Part shown: in pieces, positions 37,733 through 50,460 of the stretch
Position numbering within the stretch: position 1 is the stretch's first letter
Layout of the letters: the number at the start of each line of letters is the position of its first letter
Assembly: GCF_963921235.1 (NCBI RefSeq)
Contig: NC_086109.1
Span: 1,614,001 to 1,678,000 of the forward strand
Length of the DNA stretch: 64,000 nt
Reading direction: 5' to 3'
Source of the DNA: Mobula hypostoma
Lineage: Eukaryota
Notes under the pieces: generated by a model
What the model saw: the letters and a program-made list of their open reading frames with translations, nothing else
What the model was told of the DNA's origin: nothing
Databases searched by the model: none
Program-made: the position numbers and the translations under genes

Positions 37733-39504
37733 CTTGAAATTCTTCCTCAGTCGTTTCTGTGTTTTCATTTTATAATCCGAATGTAGGTAATTCACTTTGC
37801 AACAAATTCCTTTTTCGTTTTGTAACTTTGGAACAAGTTCCTCCATTATTAATCTGTTTTCCACGTCACTGAATTTTTGACAACAAGCACCTTTTTCAGA
37901 AACCGTCTCCTTTAAATGCAGTACCGTTTCGTCCAATCTCTTTCCAACTCACAGTTGTTCTTACTGAATACTTTTATTTGTTGATGGAGTTCTGCACATT
38001 TACCCTGGGTTTCAACCATGTTTCTTGTAACATAAAAGCTGAGGTTTTTTCCTTAATTCTGGTACATATTTCGTAAATTGTTGATCATTTGCAATGATTC
38101 CTTTCATTCCCTTGTAATATATATATACATACACACACACATACACACACAATTTCCCGCCTCTTCTGCCTGTGAACTGTTTGATCCTCCATTCAGCATA
38201 TCTTTGACTGCTTCCCACCTAAGCCCTGTAATACCAAGATATTTTTCTGCAGACTTGACTATAATTTTAATTTTTTTGGTTCTTTTGTCTGTTTGCGCTG
38301 AACAGTTAATTGCATCTACCATAAACGGTACAAAATCCTTCTTACTCATAATTAGTGTGTCTTTATTTATCATATTACAACCCTCACAGTTCACTGGTTT
38401 ATTATTCCCTGTATTTGTTTGCTTGATAGCCTTTTTTTTTTACCAGTAAATGTTTTCACTACCTCTACATAACTGATCCCTTGAGTTACTTTTACATATT
38501 GTTTCTCAGCTTCTTTCTTGCGAATAATGCACTGTGTTCCTCACCACAATTACAGCATTTCAGCCTAGCTCCCGCCTCACATTTCCCATATTCATGTTCT
38601 CCAGTGCATCTTCCACATCTTTGTTTCCCTCTGCAGACTGCCGCAATATGCCTGAATTTCTGACATTTAAAGCATCTCAAAGGCGGTGGTATATATATTT
38701 TGACCTCATAACACATATACCCTAAATAAACTTTAGTCGGCAATCTCTCTTCATCAAAGTTGATCATGACCAATAAACTATCATACTTTTTCCCACTTCT
38801 TGTAACTTTCAAACGTTTGGCCTCAATAATTTTTGCTCCTTTTATCTTCTGTTTAATCTTATCCATAGTAACTTTTGTTGGTATCCCCAAAATAACTCCT
38901 CTGGTCCACTTTCTGTTTTTGGGTATTGAGCATTGTACTTTTTTCCCGTCTATTTCATTTAATCTTATCACTTTGCCTTGTTGAGCACTATCCCGACAAA
39001 TCACTAATAGCGATCCATTTCATAAAATCTTTGCTCTTTTGACGTTACCCATAAGTTTGTTGATCATCTTCGTCAAATGAATCAGGTCCCATTCACCAAA
39101 AGACGCTCCGTCTTCACTCAGTGTTATAATTGCTTTAATCTCATCTTCTGTCCGTTGTTTTGCTATCCTATTTTGTTTGTCCCCGACTCCTTAGAGTTTG
39201 ACATCTCATACCTCTGTTTCCTTTCCTCACTCTCTTCATTCCATTCCTCCATCTCAAACTCACTTTCACTATCTGTAAATCTGTTCATCCTACAGGATAT
39301 TTTCTTCATCAACTCAGCAGTTGCAGCCTCCGTGCTCTTTTCCAACTCCACCAGCCAACTCAAATTTCCAACTCCAAACTCCAAACTGCAACTCCACACT
39401 CTCCCCCACAGCAACTTGAACCTGGCATTCAAAATCCCAGCAGCATTTATGGAGGCAAATGGACGGTTGACGTTTCAGGATGACATCCTTCATAAAACCA
39501 CAAG

Positions 39505-40140
39505 GCGCCATTCTCATGGTTAATGTAATTGGAGACAGGCTCACCCCTATTGACATCAATGGATCTGGGGTTGAGGGGGGTAAACAGCTTAAGTTCCTCG
39601 GCATCCACATCACTGAGGACTTCACGTGGTCTGTACACACCGGCGGTCCGGTGAAAAAGGCACAACAGCGCCTCTTTCACCTCAGATGGTTGAAGAAGTT
39701 TGGTATGGGCCTTCAGATCCTAAGAACTAACTACAGGGACACAATTGAGAGCATCCTGACTGACTGCATCACTGCCTGGTATGGGAACTGTACCTCCTCA
39801 ATCGCAGGACTCTGCAGAGAGTGGTGAACTTCCCACTATCCAGGACATTTACAAAGACAGGTGTGTAAAAAGGGCCCGAATGATCATTGGGGACCCAAGT
39901 CACCCCAGCCACAAACTGTTCCAGCTGCTACCATCTAGGAAATGGTACCACAACATAAAACCCAGGACCAACGGGCTCTGGGACAGCTTCTTCCACCAGG
40001 CCATCAAGCTGATTAATTCATGCTGATACAATTGTATTTCTGTGTTATATTGACTATCCTATTGTACATAATATTTATTATTAATTACTATACATTACAT
40101 TTAGACAGAGACATAATGTAAAGATTTTTACTCAATTCAA
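39505..40140 (+). mobile_element. Rex1/Babar-type LINE 3' fragment
   Basis: LKFLGIHITEDFTWSVHT...KKAQQRLFHLRWLKKFG; HPSHKLFQLLPS...DSFFHQAIKLIN. Confidence 0.85.
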
Positions 40141-40549
40141 TTCATTCGATCATGGCTGATGTAGTATCCCTCGCAACCACATTCTCCTGCCTTCAATAAC
40201 ATTTGACTCCTTTATTAATCAAGAATTTATCAACCTCTGTTTTAAATACACTCAATTGAGGTGTAGGGTATTCCCTGGAGTGTTGAACAATGAGGGGAAA
40301 TTTGATAGAGGTGTACAAAATTATGAAGGGTATAGATAGGATTAATGCAACCGGTCTTTCTCCGCTGAGGTTGGATGAGACAAGAGGTGATGGGTTAACG
40401 GTGAAGTGTTTAAGGGGAACATAAGAGGGCAGGTCTTCACTAAGAGGGTGGTGGGAGTGTAGAATAAGCTGCCAACACAAGTGTTGGGTGGGGGTTTGAT
40501 TTCAAAATTTAATAGGTGGGATCTATTCAATTTGGATAGGTCCATAAAT

Positions 40550-41160
40550 ATGAGAAAATCTACAATGCTGGAAATCTGAGCAACACACACAAAATGCTGG
40601 AGGAACTCTGCAGGCCAGGCAGCATCTATGGAAAAGAGTAAATGGTCGGCATTTTGGGCCACGCCCCTTCATCAGGACTGGGAAAAAGGATGAGGTCAGA
40701 GCAAGAAGTGGGGGAGAGGAAGAAGTACAAGGTGGTGAGTGATGGGCGAAACTGGGAGGGTTAGAAGTTGATTCATGAAGGAGAGAAAGGACTGAAGAAG
40801 GGGGAATCTGATAGGAGAGCATAGACGACCATGGAGGAAAGGGAAGGGGGAGGAGAACCAGAGAAAGGTGATGGGCAGGTAAGCAGATAAGATGAGAGAA
40901 GGAAATGGTAAGGGGGGGGAGGGTGGCAATTACCAAAATATCGAGAAATTGATGTTCATGCCATTAGGTTGGAGGCTACCCAGATGAGATATTGAGATGT
41001 TGCTCCTCCAACCTGAGTGTGGCCTCATCACGGCTGTGGAGGAGACCATGGACTGGTACTGTATGTGGGAATGGAAATTGGAAGCAGAGTTAAATTGGAG
41101 GAACACAGGGAGATCCCGCTTTATGCGGCGGACAGAATGTAGGTGATTGGCGAAGAGGGC
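40550..41160 (-). mobile_element. Penelope-like element 3' part, degraded
   Basis: HLGSLQPNGMNINFS; reverse-strand cagtcctgatgaagggg...gcccaaaa tail at ~40645-40680. Confidence 0.85.
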
Positions 41161-41259
41161 TATGGTCTGGCTGCAGGTCAATGGGACTAGGCTGATCAAT
41201 AGTTCAGCACAAACAAGACGGGCCGAAGGATCTGTTTCTGTGCTGCAGTGGTCTTTGAC

Positions 41260-41925
41260 TCTACACTTCTATACAAATCATTGACATATAAAGTGGAAAG
41301 AAGTAGTGCCAACACCAACCCCTGTGGAATACCACTAGTCACCAGCAGCCAAACAGGAAAGACCCCCTTTATTCCCACTCTTTGTCTCCTGCAAGTCAGC
41401 CAATCTTCTATCTATGCTACTATCTTTCCTGTTATCCCATGGACTCATATCTTGTTAATCAATATCCTATGCGACACCTTGTTAAGGACCTTCTGAAAAT
41501 CCAAGTAAACAAAATCCACTGACTCTCCATTGTCTATCCTGTCTGCTATTCCTCAAAGAATTATAACATATTTGACAGGCAACATTCCCCCTAAAGGAAA
41601 GTATTCTGACTTAGGCCTATTTTATCATGTGCCTCCAAATACCCTAAATCCTCATCTTTATTAATGAACTTCATCATCTTCTCAAGTACCAAAGTCAGGC
41701 TAACTGGCCTACAATTTCCTGTCTTTTGCCTCCCTCCTTTCTTAAACAGTGGAGTGACTTTTGCAATTTTTCCCTCCTCTGGAATCTAGTGATTCTTGGA
41801 AGATCGTTACTAATGCTTCCACAATCGCTTCAGCTACCTCTCTCAGAACCCTGGGATGCACTCCATCTGGTCCAGGTGACTTATTTGCCTTCGGGCCTTT
41901 CAGCTTCCCAAGCACCTTCTTAGTA
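41260..41925 (-). mobile_element. Old CR1 RT fragment (host of later nested insertions)
   Basis: VTSGIPQGLVL; NKSPGPDGVHPRVLREVA; resumes at ~45241. Confidence 0.8.
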
Positions 41926-41926
41926 A

Positions 41927-44900
41927 TAGAAACATAGAAAACATAGAAAATTGGTGCAGGAGTAGGCCATTCGGCCCTTCGAGCCTGCACCGCCATTTAT
42001 TATGATCATGGCTGATCATCCAACTCAGAACCCCGCCCCAGCCTTCCCTCCATACCCCCTGATCCCCGTAGCCACAAGGGCCATATCTAACTCCCTCTGA
42101 AATATAGCCAATGAACTGGTCTCAACTGTTTCCTGTGGCAGAGAATTCCACAGATTCACCACTCTCTGTGCGAAGAAGTTTTTCCTCATCTCGGTCCCAA
42201 AAGGCTTCCCCTTTATCCTCAAACTGTGACCCCTCGTTCTGGACTTCCCCAACATCGGGAACAATCTTCCTGCATCTAGCCTGTCCAATCCCTTTAGGAT
42301 TTTATACGTTTCAATCAGATCCCCCCTCAATCTTCTAAATTCCAACGAGTACAAGCCCAGTTCATCCAGTCTTTCTTCATATGAAAGTCCTACCATCCCA
42401 GGAATCAATCTGGTGAACCTTCTTTGTACTCCCTCTATAGCAAGGATGTCTTTCCTCAGATTAGGGGACCAAAACTGCACACAATACTCCAGGTGTGGTC
42501 TCATCAAGGCCTTGTACAACTGCAGTAGTACCTCCCTGCTCCTGTACTCGAATCCTCTCGCTATAAATGCCAGCATACCATTCGCCTTTTTCACCGCCTG
42601 CTGTACCTGCATGCCCACTTTCAATGACTGGTGTATAATGACACCCAGGTCTCGTTGCACCTCCCCTTTTCCTAATCGGCCACCATTCAGATAATAATCT
42701 GTTTTCTTATTTTTGCCACCAAAGTGGATAACTTCACATTTATCCACATTAAATTGCATCTGCCATGAATTTGCCCACTCACCCAACCTATCCAAGTCAC
42801 CCTGCATCCTCTTAGCATCCTCCTCACAGCTAACACTGCCACCCAGCTTCGTGTCATCCGCAAACTTGGAGATGCTGCATTTAATTCCCTCATCCAAGTC
42901 ATTAATATATATCGTAAACAACTGGGGTCCCAGCACTGAGCCTTGCGGTACCCCACTAGTCACCGCCTGCCATTCTGAAAAGGTCCCGTTTATTCCCACT
43001 CTTTGCTTCCTGTTTGTTAACCAATTCTCCATCCACATCAATACCTTACCCCCAATACCGTGTGCTTTAAGTTTGCACACTAATCTCCTGTGTGGGACCT
43101 TGTCAAAAGCCTTTTGAAAATCCAAATATACCACATCCACTGGTTCTCCCCTATCCACTCTACTAGTTACATCCTCAAAAAATTCTATGAGATTCGTCAG
43201 ACATGATTTTCCTTTCACAAATCCATGCTGACTTTGTCCGATCATTTCACCGCTTTCCAAATGTGCTGTTATCACATCTTTGATAACTGACTCCAGCAGT
43301 TTCCCCACCACCGACGTTTGGCTAACCGGTCTATAATTCCCCGGTTTCTCTCTCCCTCCTTTTTTAAAAAGTGGGGTTACATTAGCCACCCTCCAATCCT
43401 CAGGAACTAGTCCAGAATCTAACGAGTTTTGAAAAATTATCACTAATGCATCCACTATTTCTTGGGCTACTTCCTTAAGCACTCTGGGATGCAGACCATC
43501 TGGCCCTGGGGATTTATCTGTCTTCAATCCCTTCAAATTACCTAACACCACTTCCCTACTAACATGTATTTCGCTCAGTTCCTCCATCTCACTGGACCCT
43601 CTGTCCTCTACTATTTTTGGAAGATTATTTATGTCCTCCTTAGTGAAGACAGAACCAAAGTAATTATTCAATTGGTCTGCCATGTCCTTGCTCCCCATAA
43701 TCAATTCACCTGTTTCTGTCTGCAGGGGACCTACATTTGTCTTTACCAGTCTTTTCCTTTTTACATATCTATAAAAGCTTTTACAGTCAGTTTTTATGTT
43801 CCCTGCCAGTTTTCTCTCATAATCTTTTTTCCCCTTCCTAATTAAGCCCTTTGTCCTCCTCTGCTGAACTCTGAATTTCTCCCAGTGCTCAGGTGAGACA
43901 CTTTTTCTGGCTAATTTGTATGCTTCTTCTTTGGAATTGATACTATCCCTAATTTCTCTTGTCAGCCATGGGTGCACTACCTTCCTTGATTTATTCTTTT
44001 GCCAAACTGGGATGAACAATTGTTGTAGTTCATCCATGCAACCTTTAAATGCTTGCCATTGCATATCCACCGTCAATCCTTTAAGTGTCATTTGCCAGTC
44101 TATCTTAGCTAACTCACGTCTCATACCTTCAAAGTTACCCCTCTTCAAGTTCAGAACCTTTGTTTCTGAATTAACTATGTCACTCTCCATCTTAATGAAG
44201 AATTCCACCATATTATGGTCACTCTTACCCAAGGGGCCTCTCACGACAAGATTGCGAATTAACCCTTCCTCATTGCTCAAAACCCAGTCCAGAATAGCCT
44301 GCTCTCTAGTTGGTACCTCAACATGTTGGTTCAAAAAACCATCCGGCATACATTCCAAGAAATCCTCTTCCTCAACACCTTTACCAATTTGATTCATCCA
44401 ATCTACATGTAGATTGAAGTCACCCATTATAACTGCTGTTCCTTTATTGCAAACATTTCTAATTTCTTGTTTAATACCATCTCCGACCTCACTACTACTG
44501 TTAGGTGGCCTGTACACAACTCCCACCAGCGTCATCTGCTCCTTAGTGTTACGCAGCTCTACCCATATCGATTCCACATCTTCCCGGCTTATGTCCTTCC
44601 TTTCTATTGCGTTAATCTCTTCTTTAACCAGCAACGCCACCCCACCTCCCCTTCCTTCATGTCTATCCCTCCTGAATATTGAATATCCCTGAATGTTGAC
44701 CTCCCATCCCTGGTCACCCTGGAGCCATGTCTCTGTGATCCCAACTATATCATAATCATTAATAACAATCTGCACTTTCAATTCATCCACCTTGTTACGA
44801 ATGCTCCTTGCATTGACACATAAAGCCTTCAGGCGCTCTTTTACAACTCTCTTAGCCCTTATACAATTATGTTGAAAAGTGGCCCTTTTTAATGCTTGCC

Positions 44901-45240
44901 CTGGATTTGTCAGCCTGCTACTTTTACTTTTCTCCTTAGTACTTTTTGCTTCTACCCTCACTTTACACCCCTCTGTCTCTCTGCACTCGTTCCCATCCCC
45001 CTGTTGTGAACTAACCTCCTCTCACCTAGCCTCTTTTAATTTGATTCCCACCCCCAACCATTCTAGTTTAAAGTCACCTCAGTAGCCCTCGCTAATCTCC
45101 CTGCCAGGATATTGGTCCCCCTAGGATTCAAGTGTAACCCGTCCTTTTTGTACAGGTCACGCCTGCGCGAAAAGAGGTCCCAATGATCCAAAAACTTGAA
45201 TCCCTGCCCCCTGCTCCAATCCCTCAGCCACGCATTTATC
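41927..45240 (-). mobile_element. Young CR1 LINE, 5'-truncated within ORF1, with intact ORF2
   Basis: ORF1 esterase C-terminus (45063-45240), ORF2 42025-44961, 3'UTR and (ttctatgt)n tail. Confidence 0.97.
42025..44961 (-). CDS. CR1 ORF2: APE endonuclease + reverse transcriptase, 978 codons open (track start codon is GTG, not ATG)
   Basis: CVNARS, ITETWL, VYRPP, GDFN, SDHN; KSPGPDG, YRPVS, YLDFQKAFDKV, GVPQGSVLGP, KFADD, DLGV. Confidence 0.93.
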   Translation of the reverse strand: MRVEAKSTKEKSKSSRLTNPGQALKRATFQHNCIRAKRVVKERLKALCVNARSIRNKVDELKVQIVINDYDIVGITETWLQGDQGWEVNIQGYSIFRRDRHEGRGGGVALLVKEEINAIERKDISREDVESIWVELRNTKEQMTLVGVVYRPPNSSSEVGDGIKQEIRNVCNKGTAVIMGDFNLHVDWMNQIGKGVEEEDFLECMPDGFLNQHVEVPTREQAILDWVLSNEEGLIRNLVVRGPLGKSDHNMVEFFIKMESDIVNSETKVLNLKRGNFEGMRRELAKIDWQMTLKGLTVDMQWQAFKGCMDELQQLFIPVWQKNKSRKVVHPWLTREIRDSINSKEEAYKLARKSVSPEHWEKFRVQQRRTKGLIRKGKKDYERKLAGNIKTDCKSFYRYVKRKRLVKTNVGPLQTETGELIMGSKDMADQLNNYFGSVFTKEDINNLPKIVEDRGSSEMEELSEIHVSREVVLGNLKGLKTDKSPGPDGLHPRVLKEVAQEIVDALVIIFQNSLDSGLVPEDWRVANVTPLFKKGGREKPGNYRPVSQTSVVGKLLESVIKDVITAHLESGEMIGQSQHGFVKGKSCLTNLIEFFEDVTSRVDRGEPVDVVYLDFQKAFDKVPHRRLVCKLKAHGIGGKVLMWMENWLTNRKQRVGINGTFSEWQAVTSGVPQGSVLGPQLFTIYINDLDEGIKCSISKFADDTKLGGSVSCEEDAKRMQGDLDRLGEWANSWQMQFNVDKCEVIHFGGKNKKTDYYLNGGRLGKGEVQRDLGVIIHQSLKVGMQVQQAVKKANGMLAFIARGFEYRSREVLLQLYKALMRPHLEYCVQFWSPNLRKDILAIEGVQRRFTRLIPGMVGLSYEERLDELGLYSLEFRRLRGDLIETYKILKGLDRLDAGRLFPMLGKSRTRGHSLRIKGKPFGTEMRKNFFAQRVVNLWNSLPQETVETSSLAIFQRELDMALVATGIRGYGGKAGAGF

Positions 45241-46708
45241 AACTGCTCCCTAACAACCTCCAATTTTTGACATGCTTTTGGTGTCTTTCACAGTGAGGAC
45301 TGGTGCAAAATACTTAATGAGTTCATTCACCGTTTCTTTGTCCCCATTACTACCTCTCAGTGTTATTTTCTGGTGATTGATATACACTCTTGACCCTCTT
45401 CAGCTTCTTTTGGCAGCAAATTCCAGATCCAAAGTGAATCGCTGTGCAGTGCATTCTGGACCCAGAGCAATTCGCTGTGTCGAGGCCCGGCTCCTAATGC
45501 AATGTACAACACACTGTTTGGACAATCTAAACGCTGGCTCAGATAGAGTGGAAAGGCAGGGTGTCGAGAGTTGGATCACTCTAAGTACCGAGTCGAATTG
45601 GAGAGGTTGAAAACGGCCTCTCCAGCAGTGAAATCTAGGCCTGGAGCCCGGTTCCAAGTGCAAGGTTCGGACAATTTAAATGCCAGCCCACATAGTCTAG
45701 GGGCTCCTCTCTCCACTACGTTAAGGCTGTGTGACTGCCCCTAGCTACTGTGCTTCGGGTCTGCAAACTTTGTGGCAAATTGCCCCACTAGTATGATAAA
45801 CTGAATGCCGAGGGTTTGGGCCTATTCCAAGCTGCTCCGGAGATTTAGATCAAAGGACTCAATTTAGTTCGGAATACTTTCTACTTTATAGTCGCCAAAC
45901 AATTGGTACTAGAACGTACAACCATCACAGCGATATTTGGTTCTGCACTTCACACTCCCTGGATTACAAATATTAAATATTAAAGATATTAAAAATAGTT
46001 AAAATAGTTAAATAGTTAAAAAGGAATGCTGTTGTTGTTACTCGCTTTTGCTGTTTGCATGATTTGTTTTGTTTTTTCGCTCTTTCCCTGTGGGCACTTG
46101 GGGTTGGTCTTTTTTTTAAATTGAGCTCTTTCGGGTTCCTTGCTTTGCGGCTGCCAGTTAAGCAAGCAAATCTCAAGGTTGTATAATTTAAATATTCATT
46201 GATAATAAATGCACTTTGAATCTTTTACCCTTTATATACCTGAAAAAAAAATAGGTATCCTCTTTTAATTATGTGGCAAGCATTTGGTCCATAATGACAG
46301 ACAAGGAAGCTCGTTAACTCAACAATCATTTTATTGTGATAACCACAAAACAGACCAGGCACCATGACCCGGAGAGAGAACCCAACCAGTCTCATATAGG
46401 TGGGGAGGTGACCATTACACACCCCAGTTACAGTTAGGGTGACCCACAAATACACAAGCAAATAACTGTACAACCCAAGCTAAAATGTAACAATAAATGA
46501 ACCGGAACTTCCCACCATAATTCCACAAAAGCATTTTAACACAATAAACAGTGCTAGTCATTAAAGACGCAGGGGCGGGTTGTTGACCATGCACCCCCCC
46601 CCCCACCGAGCATCACAATATATTTAATCTTACTGCCTTTTTTTTGCCTTTTGTTGTATTTTAAAAGCTTTGCAATCTTCCAGCTCCCCAATAATTTTTG
46701 CTATATTA

Positions 46709-47200
46709 CAGTACTGTGCAAAAGTCTTAGGCACAAGTATAGCTCTCTAGCTAGCTACATGTGTCCAAGGCTTTTGCATGGTACTGTATTCGTCAATGTG
46801 AAGCACAACGTGTGTTTGTAAATATGGTGGCTGCAAAGGAATGGCAAGTGTGGAGCGCCACGGGAAGAGTATGGGACAGGTGGCAGTGAAGGTGTGCCGG
46901 GGCAGACACACACAGCCCTGAGACACGAGGCAAGGTCACTTGGTTTATTAATCATTACAGGATGCATCTCTGGTGCTTCCTGCTCCCTTCCTCTCCCAAC
47001 CATGAATCCCCGCTCCCCTCTCCCTTCCCCCTTCCCACTCTCATACAAGAATCAGGGTTATCATTACTCACATATGTCATGATGTTTTTTGTGGCAGCAG
47101 TACAGTTTAATACGTACTTAAAATTGCTACCGTGCTGTGCAAAAATCTTAGGCACTTAGCTATATACACTGTACATGACTAACACTTTTGAACAGTACTG
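46709..47200. mobile_element. Tc1-like MITE with doubled TIRs, TA target-site duplication
   Basis: TA-cagtactgtgcaaaagtcttaggcac ... taacacttttgaacagtactg-TA; inner TIR copies at ~46760-46786 and ~47131-47155. Confidence 0.75.
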
Positions 47201-47805
47201 TATACGCCCTCTCTTTTGCTTTCATCCTTTTTTGACTTCCATGGTTGTCTCACCCTCCATTTAGAATGCTTCTTCTTTGGGATGTATCCATTCTGCATCT
47301 TCCTTTCCTTAAACTCCCTATGCAAATTGGTTTCATTACATGACATCCAATCCCAAATTTGCCTTTACCCCATGTGGGCTCAACCACAAGCTGCTCTGAA
47401 AACCGTCTCATAGGCATTCTACAAATTCATTCTCTTGGGATCCAACCAACCTGATTTTCCCCAATCTATCTGCATAGTGAAATCCCCATGACTATTATGA
47501 CATTGTCTTTTATTATCAGACATCCTGGCTACTGTTTGGAGGCCAGTACATAACTCCCATCTGGGTTTCTTAACTCTACCCACAAGGATGTTACATCTTC
47601 GGTTCAATAGTTACCTTTTCCTAACGACTTGATTTCATTTATTATCAACAGAACCATCTCACCCTTTCTGCCTACCTGCCTGCCCCGTTACTACAATATC
47701 TATGCTTTGATGCTGAGCGCCCAACTATGGCCTTTTTTCAGCTATGATTCAGCGATGCCTACAACGGCATACCTGCCAATATCTAACTGTTCTACAAGAT
47801 CATCT

Positions 47806-49245
47806 ATTTTAAAAAAGGAGGGAGAGAGAAACCGGGGAATTATAGGCCGGTTAGCCTAACGTCGGTGGTGGGGAAACTGCTGGAGTCAGTTATCAAGGAT
47901 GTGATAACAGCACATTTGGAAAGCGGTGAAATGATCGGACAAAGTCAGCATGGATTTGTGAAAGGAAAATCATGTCTGACGAATCTCATAGAATTTTTTG
48001 AGGATGTAACTAGTAGAGTGGATAGGGGAGAACCAGTGGATGTGGTATATTTGGATTTTCAAAAGGCTTTTGACAAGGTCCCACATAGGAGATTAGTGTG
48101 CAAACTTAAAGCACACGGTATTGGGGGTAAGGTATTGGTGTGGGTGGAGAATTGGTTAGCAGACAGGAAGCAAAGAGTGGGAATAAACGGGACCTTTTCA
48201 GAATGGCAGGCGGTGACTAGTGGGGTACCGCAAGGCTCAGTGCTGGGACCCCAGTTGTTTACAATATATATTAATGACTTGGATGAGGGAATTAAATGCA
48301 GCATCTCCAAGTTTGCGGATGACACGAAGCTGGGTGGCAGTGTTAGCAGTGAGGAGGATGCTAAGAGGATGCAGGGTGACTTGGATAGGTTGGGTGAGTG
48401 GGCAAACTCATGGCAGATGCAATTTAATGTGGATAAATGTGAAGTTATCCACTTTGGTGGCAAAAATAGGAAAACAGATTATTATCTGAATGGTGGCCGA
48501 TTAGGAAAAGGGGAGGTGCAACGAGACCTGGGTGTCATTATACACCAGTCATTGAAAGTGGGCATGCAGGTACAGCAGGCGGTGAAAAAGGCGAACGGTA
48601 TGCTGGCATTTATAGCGAGAGGATTCGAGTACAGGAGCAGGGAGGTACTACTGCAGTTGTACAAGGCCTTGGTGAGACCACACCTGGAGTATTGTGTGCA
48701 GTTTTGGTCCCCTAATCTGAGGAAAGACATCTTTGCCATAGAGGGAGTACAAAGAAGGTTCACCAGATTGATTCCTGGGATGGCAGGTCTTTCATATGAA
48801 GAAAGACTGGATGAACTGGGCTTGTACTCGTTGGAATTTAGAAGATTGAGGGGGGATCTGATTGAAACGTATAAGATCCTAAAGGGATTGGACAGGCTAG
48901 ATGCAGGAAGATTGTTCCCGATGTTGGGGAGGTCTAGAACGAGGGGTCACAGTTTGAGGATAGAGGGGAAGCCTTTTAGGACCGAGGTTAGGAAAAACTT
49001 CTTCACACAGAGAGTGGTGAATCTGTGGAATTCTCTGCCACAGCAAACTGTTGAGGCCAGTTCATTAGCTATGTTTAAAAGGAAGTTAGATATGGCCCTT
49101 GTGGCTACAGGGGTCAGGGGGTATGGAGGGAAGGCTGGGTTCTGAGTTGGATGATCAGCCATGATCATAATAAATGGCGGTGCAGGCTCGAAGGGCCGAA
49201 TGGCCTACTCCTGCACCTATTTTCTATGTTTCTATGTTTCTATGT
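47806..49245 (+). mobile_element. 5'-truncated young CR1 copy (RT to 3' tail)
   Basis: ORF 47865-49145 nearly identical to the C-terminal part of ORF 42025-44961; (tttctatg)n tail. Confidence 0.97.
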
Positions 49246-49699
49246 TATCCCATATACTACATGCATTCAAATATAGCACCATCAGTCCTGTATTCTTCAC
49301 CTTTTTCTATTTTGCCATGTTACAGTAAATTCTTATCCCTTTCTGAACTACACATTCCATCTACTTGTATACCATCTGCCATCCTCTATCTATCACTCCA
49401 GTCCCTAGCGCACCCCCCCACCCCAGGCCAACTTAGTTTAAACCACTCCAACAACTCTAGCAAACCTGCCTGTCAGGATATTGGTCACCCTCAATGCTTC
49501 ATCTGGATATGCTGATCTTTAATCCCTAAACATGGCCCTGAATCCAAGAAACTGACCATAAGTTTAACCTCCTGACACATCCCCAATCACTAACCCCAGA
49601 CCTTTGTCTTTTATCCTTTATCCCAGTTCCTGACCAATTCTCTGATCCCTAATACTGGATTGTGATTCCCATTCCTAAATCATGAATGATCCAAACTCT

Positions 49700-50460
49700 A
49701 ATAGTCATAGTCATACTTTATTGATCCCGGGGGAAATTGGTTTTTGTTACAGTTGCACCATAAATAATAAATAGTAATAGAACCATAAATAGTTAAATAG
49801 TAATATGTAAATTATGTCAGTAAATTATGAAATAAGTCCAGGACCAGCCTATTGGCTCAGGGTGTCTGACCCTCCAAGGGAGGAGTTGTAAAGTTTGATG
49901 GCCACAGGCAGGAATGACTTCCTATGACACTCCGTGCTCCATCTTGGTGGAATGAGTCTCTGGCTGAATGTACTCCTGTGCCCACCCAGTACATTATGTA
50001 GTGGATGGGAGACATTGACCAAGATGGCATGCAACTTAGACAGCATCCTCTTTTCAGACACCACCGTGAGAGAGTCCAGTTCCATCCCCACAACGTCACT
50101 GGCCTTACGTATGAGTTTGTTGATTCTGTTGGTGTCTGCTACCCTCAGCCTGCTGCCCCAGCGCACATCAGCAAACATGATTGCACTGGCCACCACAGAC
50201 TCGTAGAACATCCTCAGCATCGTCCGGCAGATGTTAAAGGACCTCAGTCTCCTCAGGAAATAGAGACGGCTCTGACCCTTCTTGTAGACAGCCTCAGTGT
50301 TCTCTGACCAGTCCAGTTTATTGTCAATTCGTATCCCCAGGTATTTGTAATCCTCCACCATGTCCACACTGACCCCTTGGATGGAAACAGGGGTTACCGG
50401 TACCTTAGCTCTCCTCAGGTCTACCACCAGCTCCTTAGTCTTTTTCATATTAAGCTGCAG
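49700..50460 (-). mobile_element. Rex1/Babar-type LINE 3' fragment with open frame
   Basis: LQLNMKKTKELVVDLRR...YKYLGIRIDNKLDWS...KKGQSRLYFLRRLRSF...SFLPVAIKLYN; (actatg)n tail. Confidence 0.9.

Larger units (their letters stand above)
36305..39300 (-). mobile_element. Degraded I/Nimb-like non-LTR retrotransposon (gag-like ORF1 with zinc knuckles), interrupted by a Penelope-like element
   Basis: ORF 38492-39004: RGVILGIP...YIPPPLRCFKCQKFRHIAAVC...RCGRCTGEH...CCNCGEEHSA; putative 3' end with (gaa)n-like tail at ~36305-36335; the link between both parts is inferred. Confidence 0.65.
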
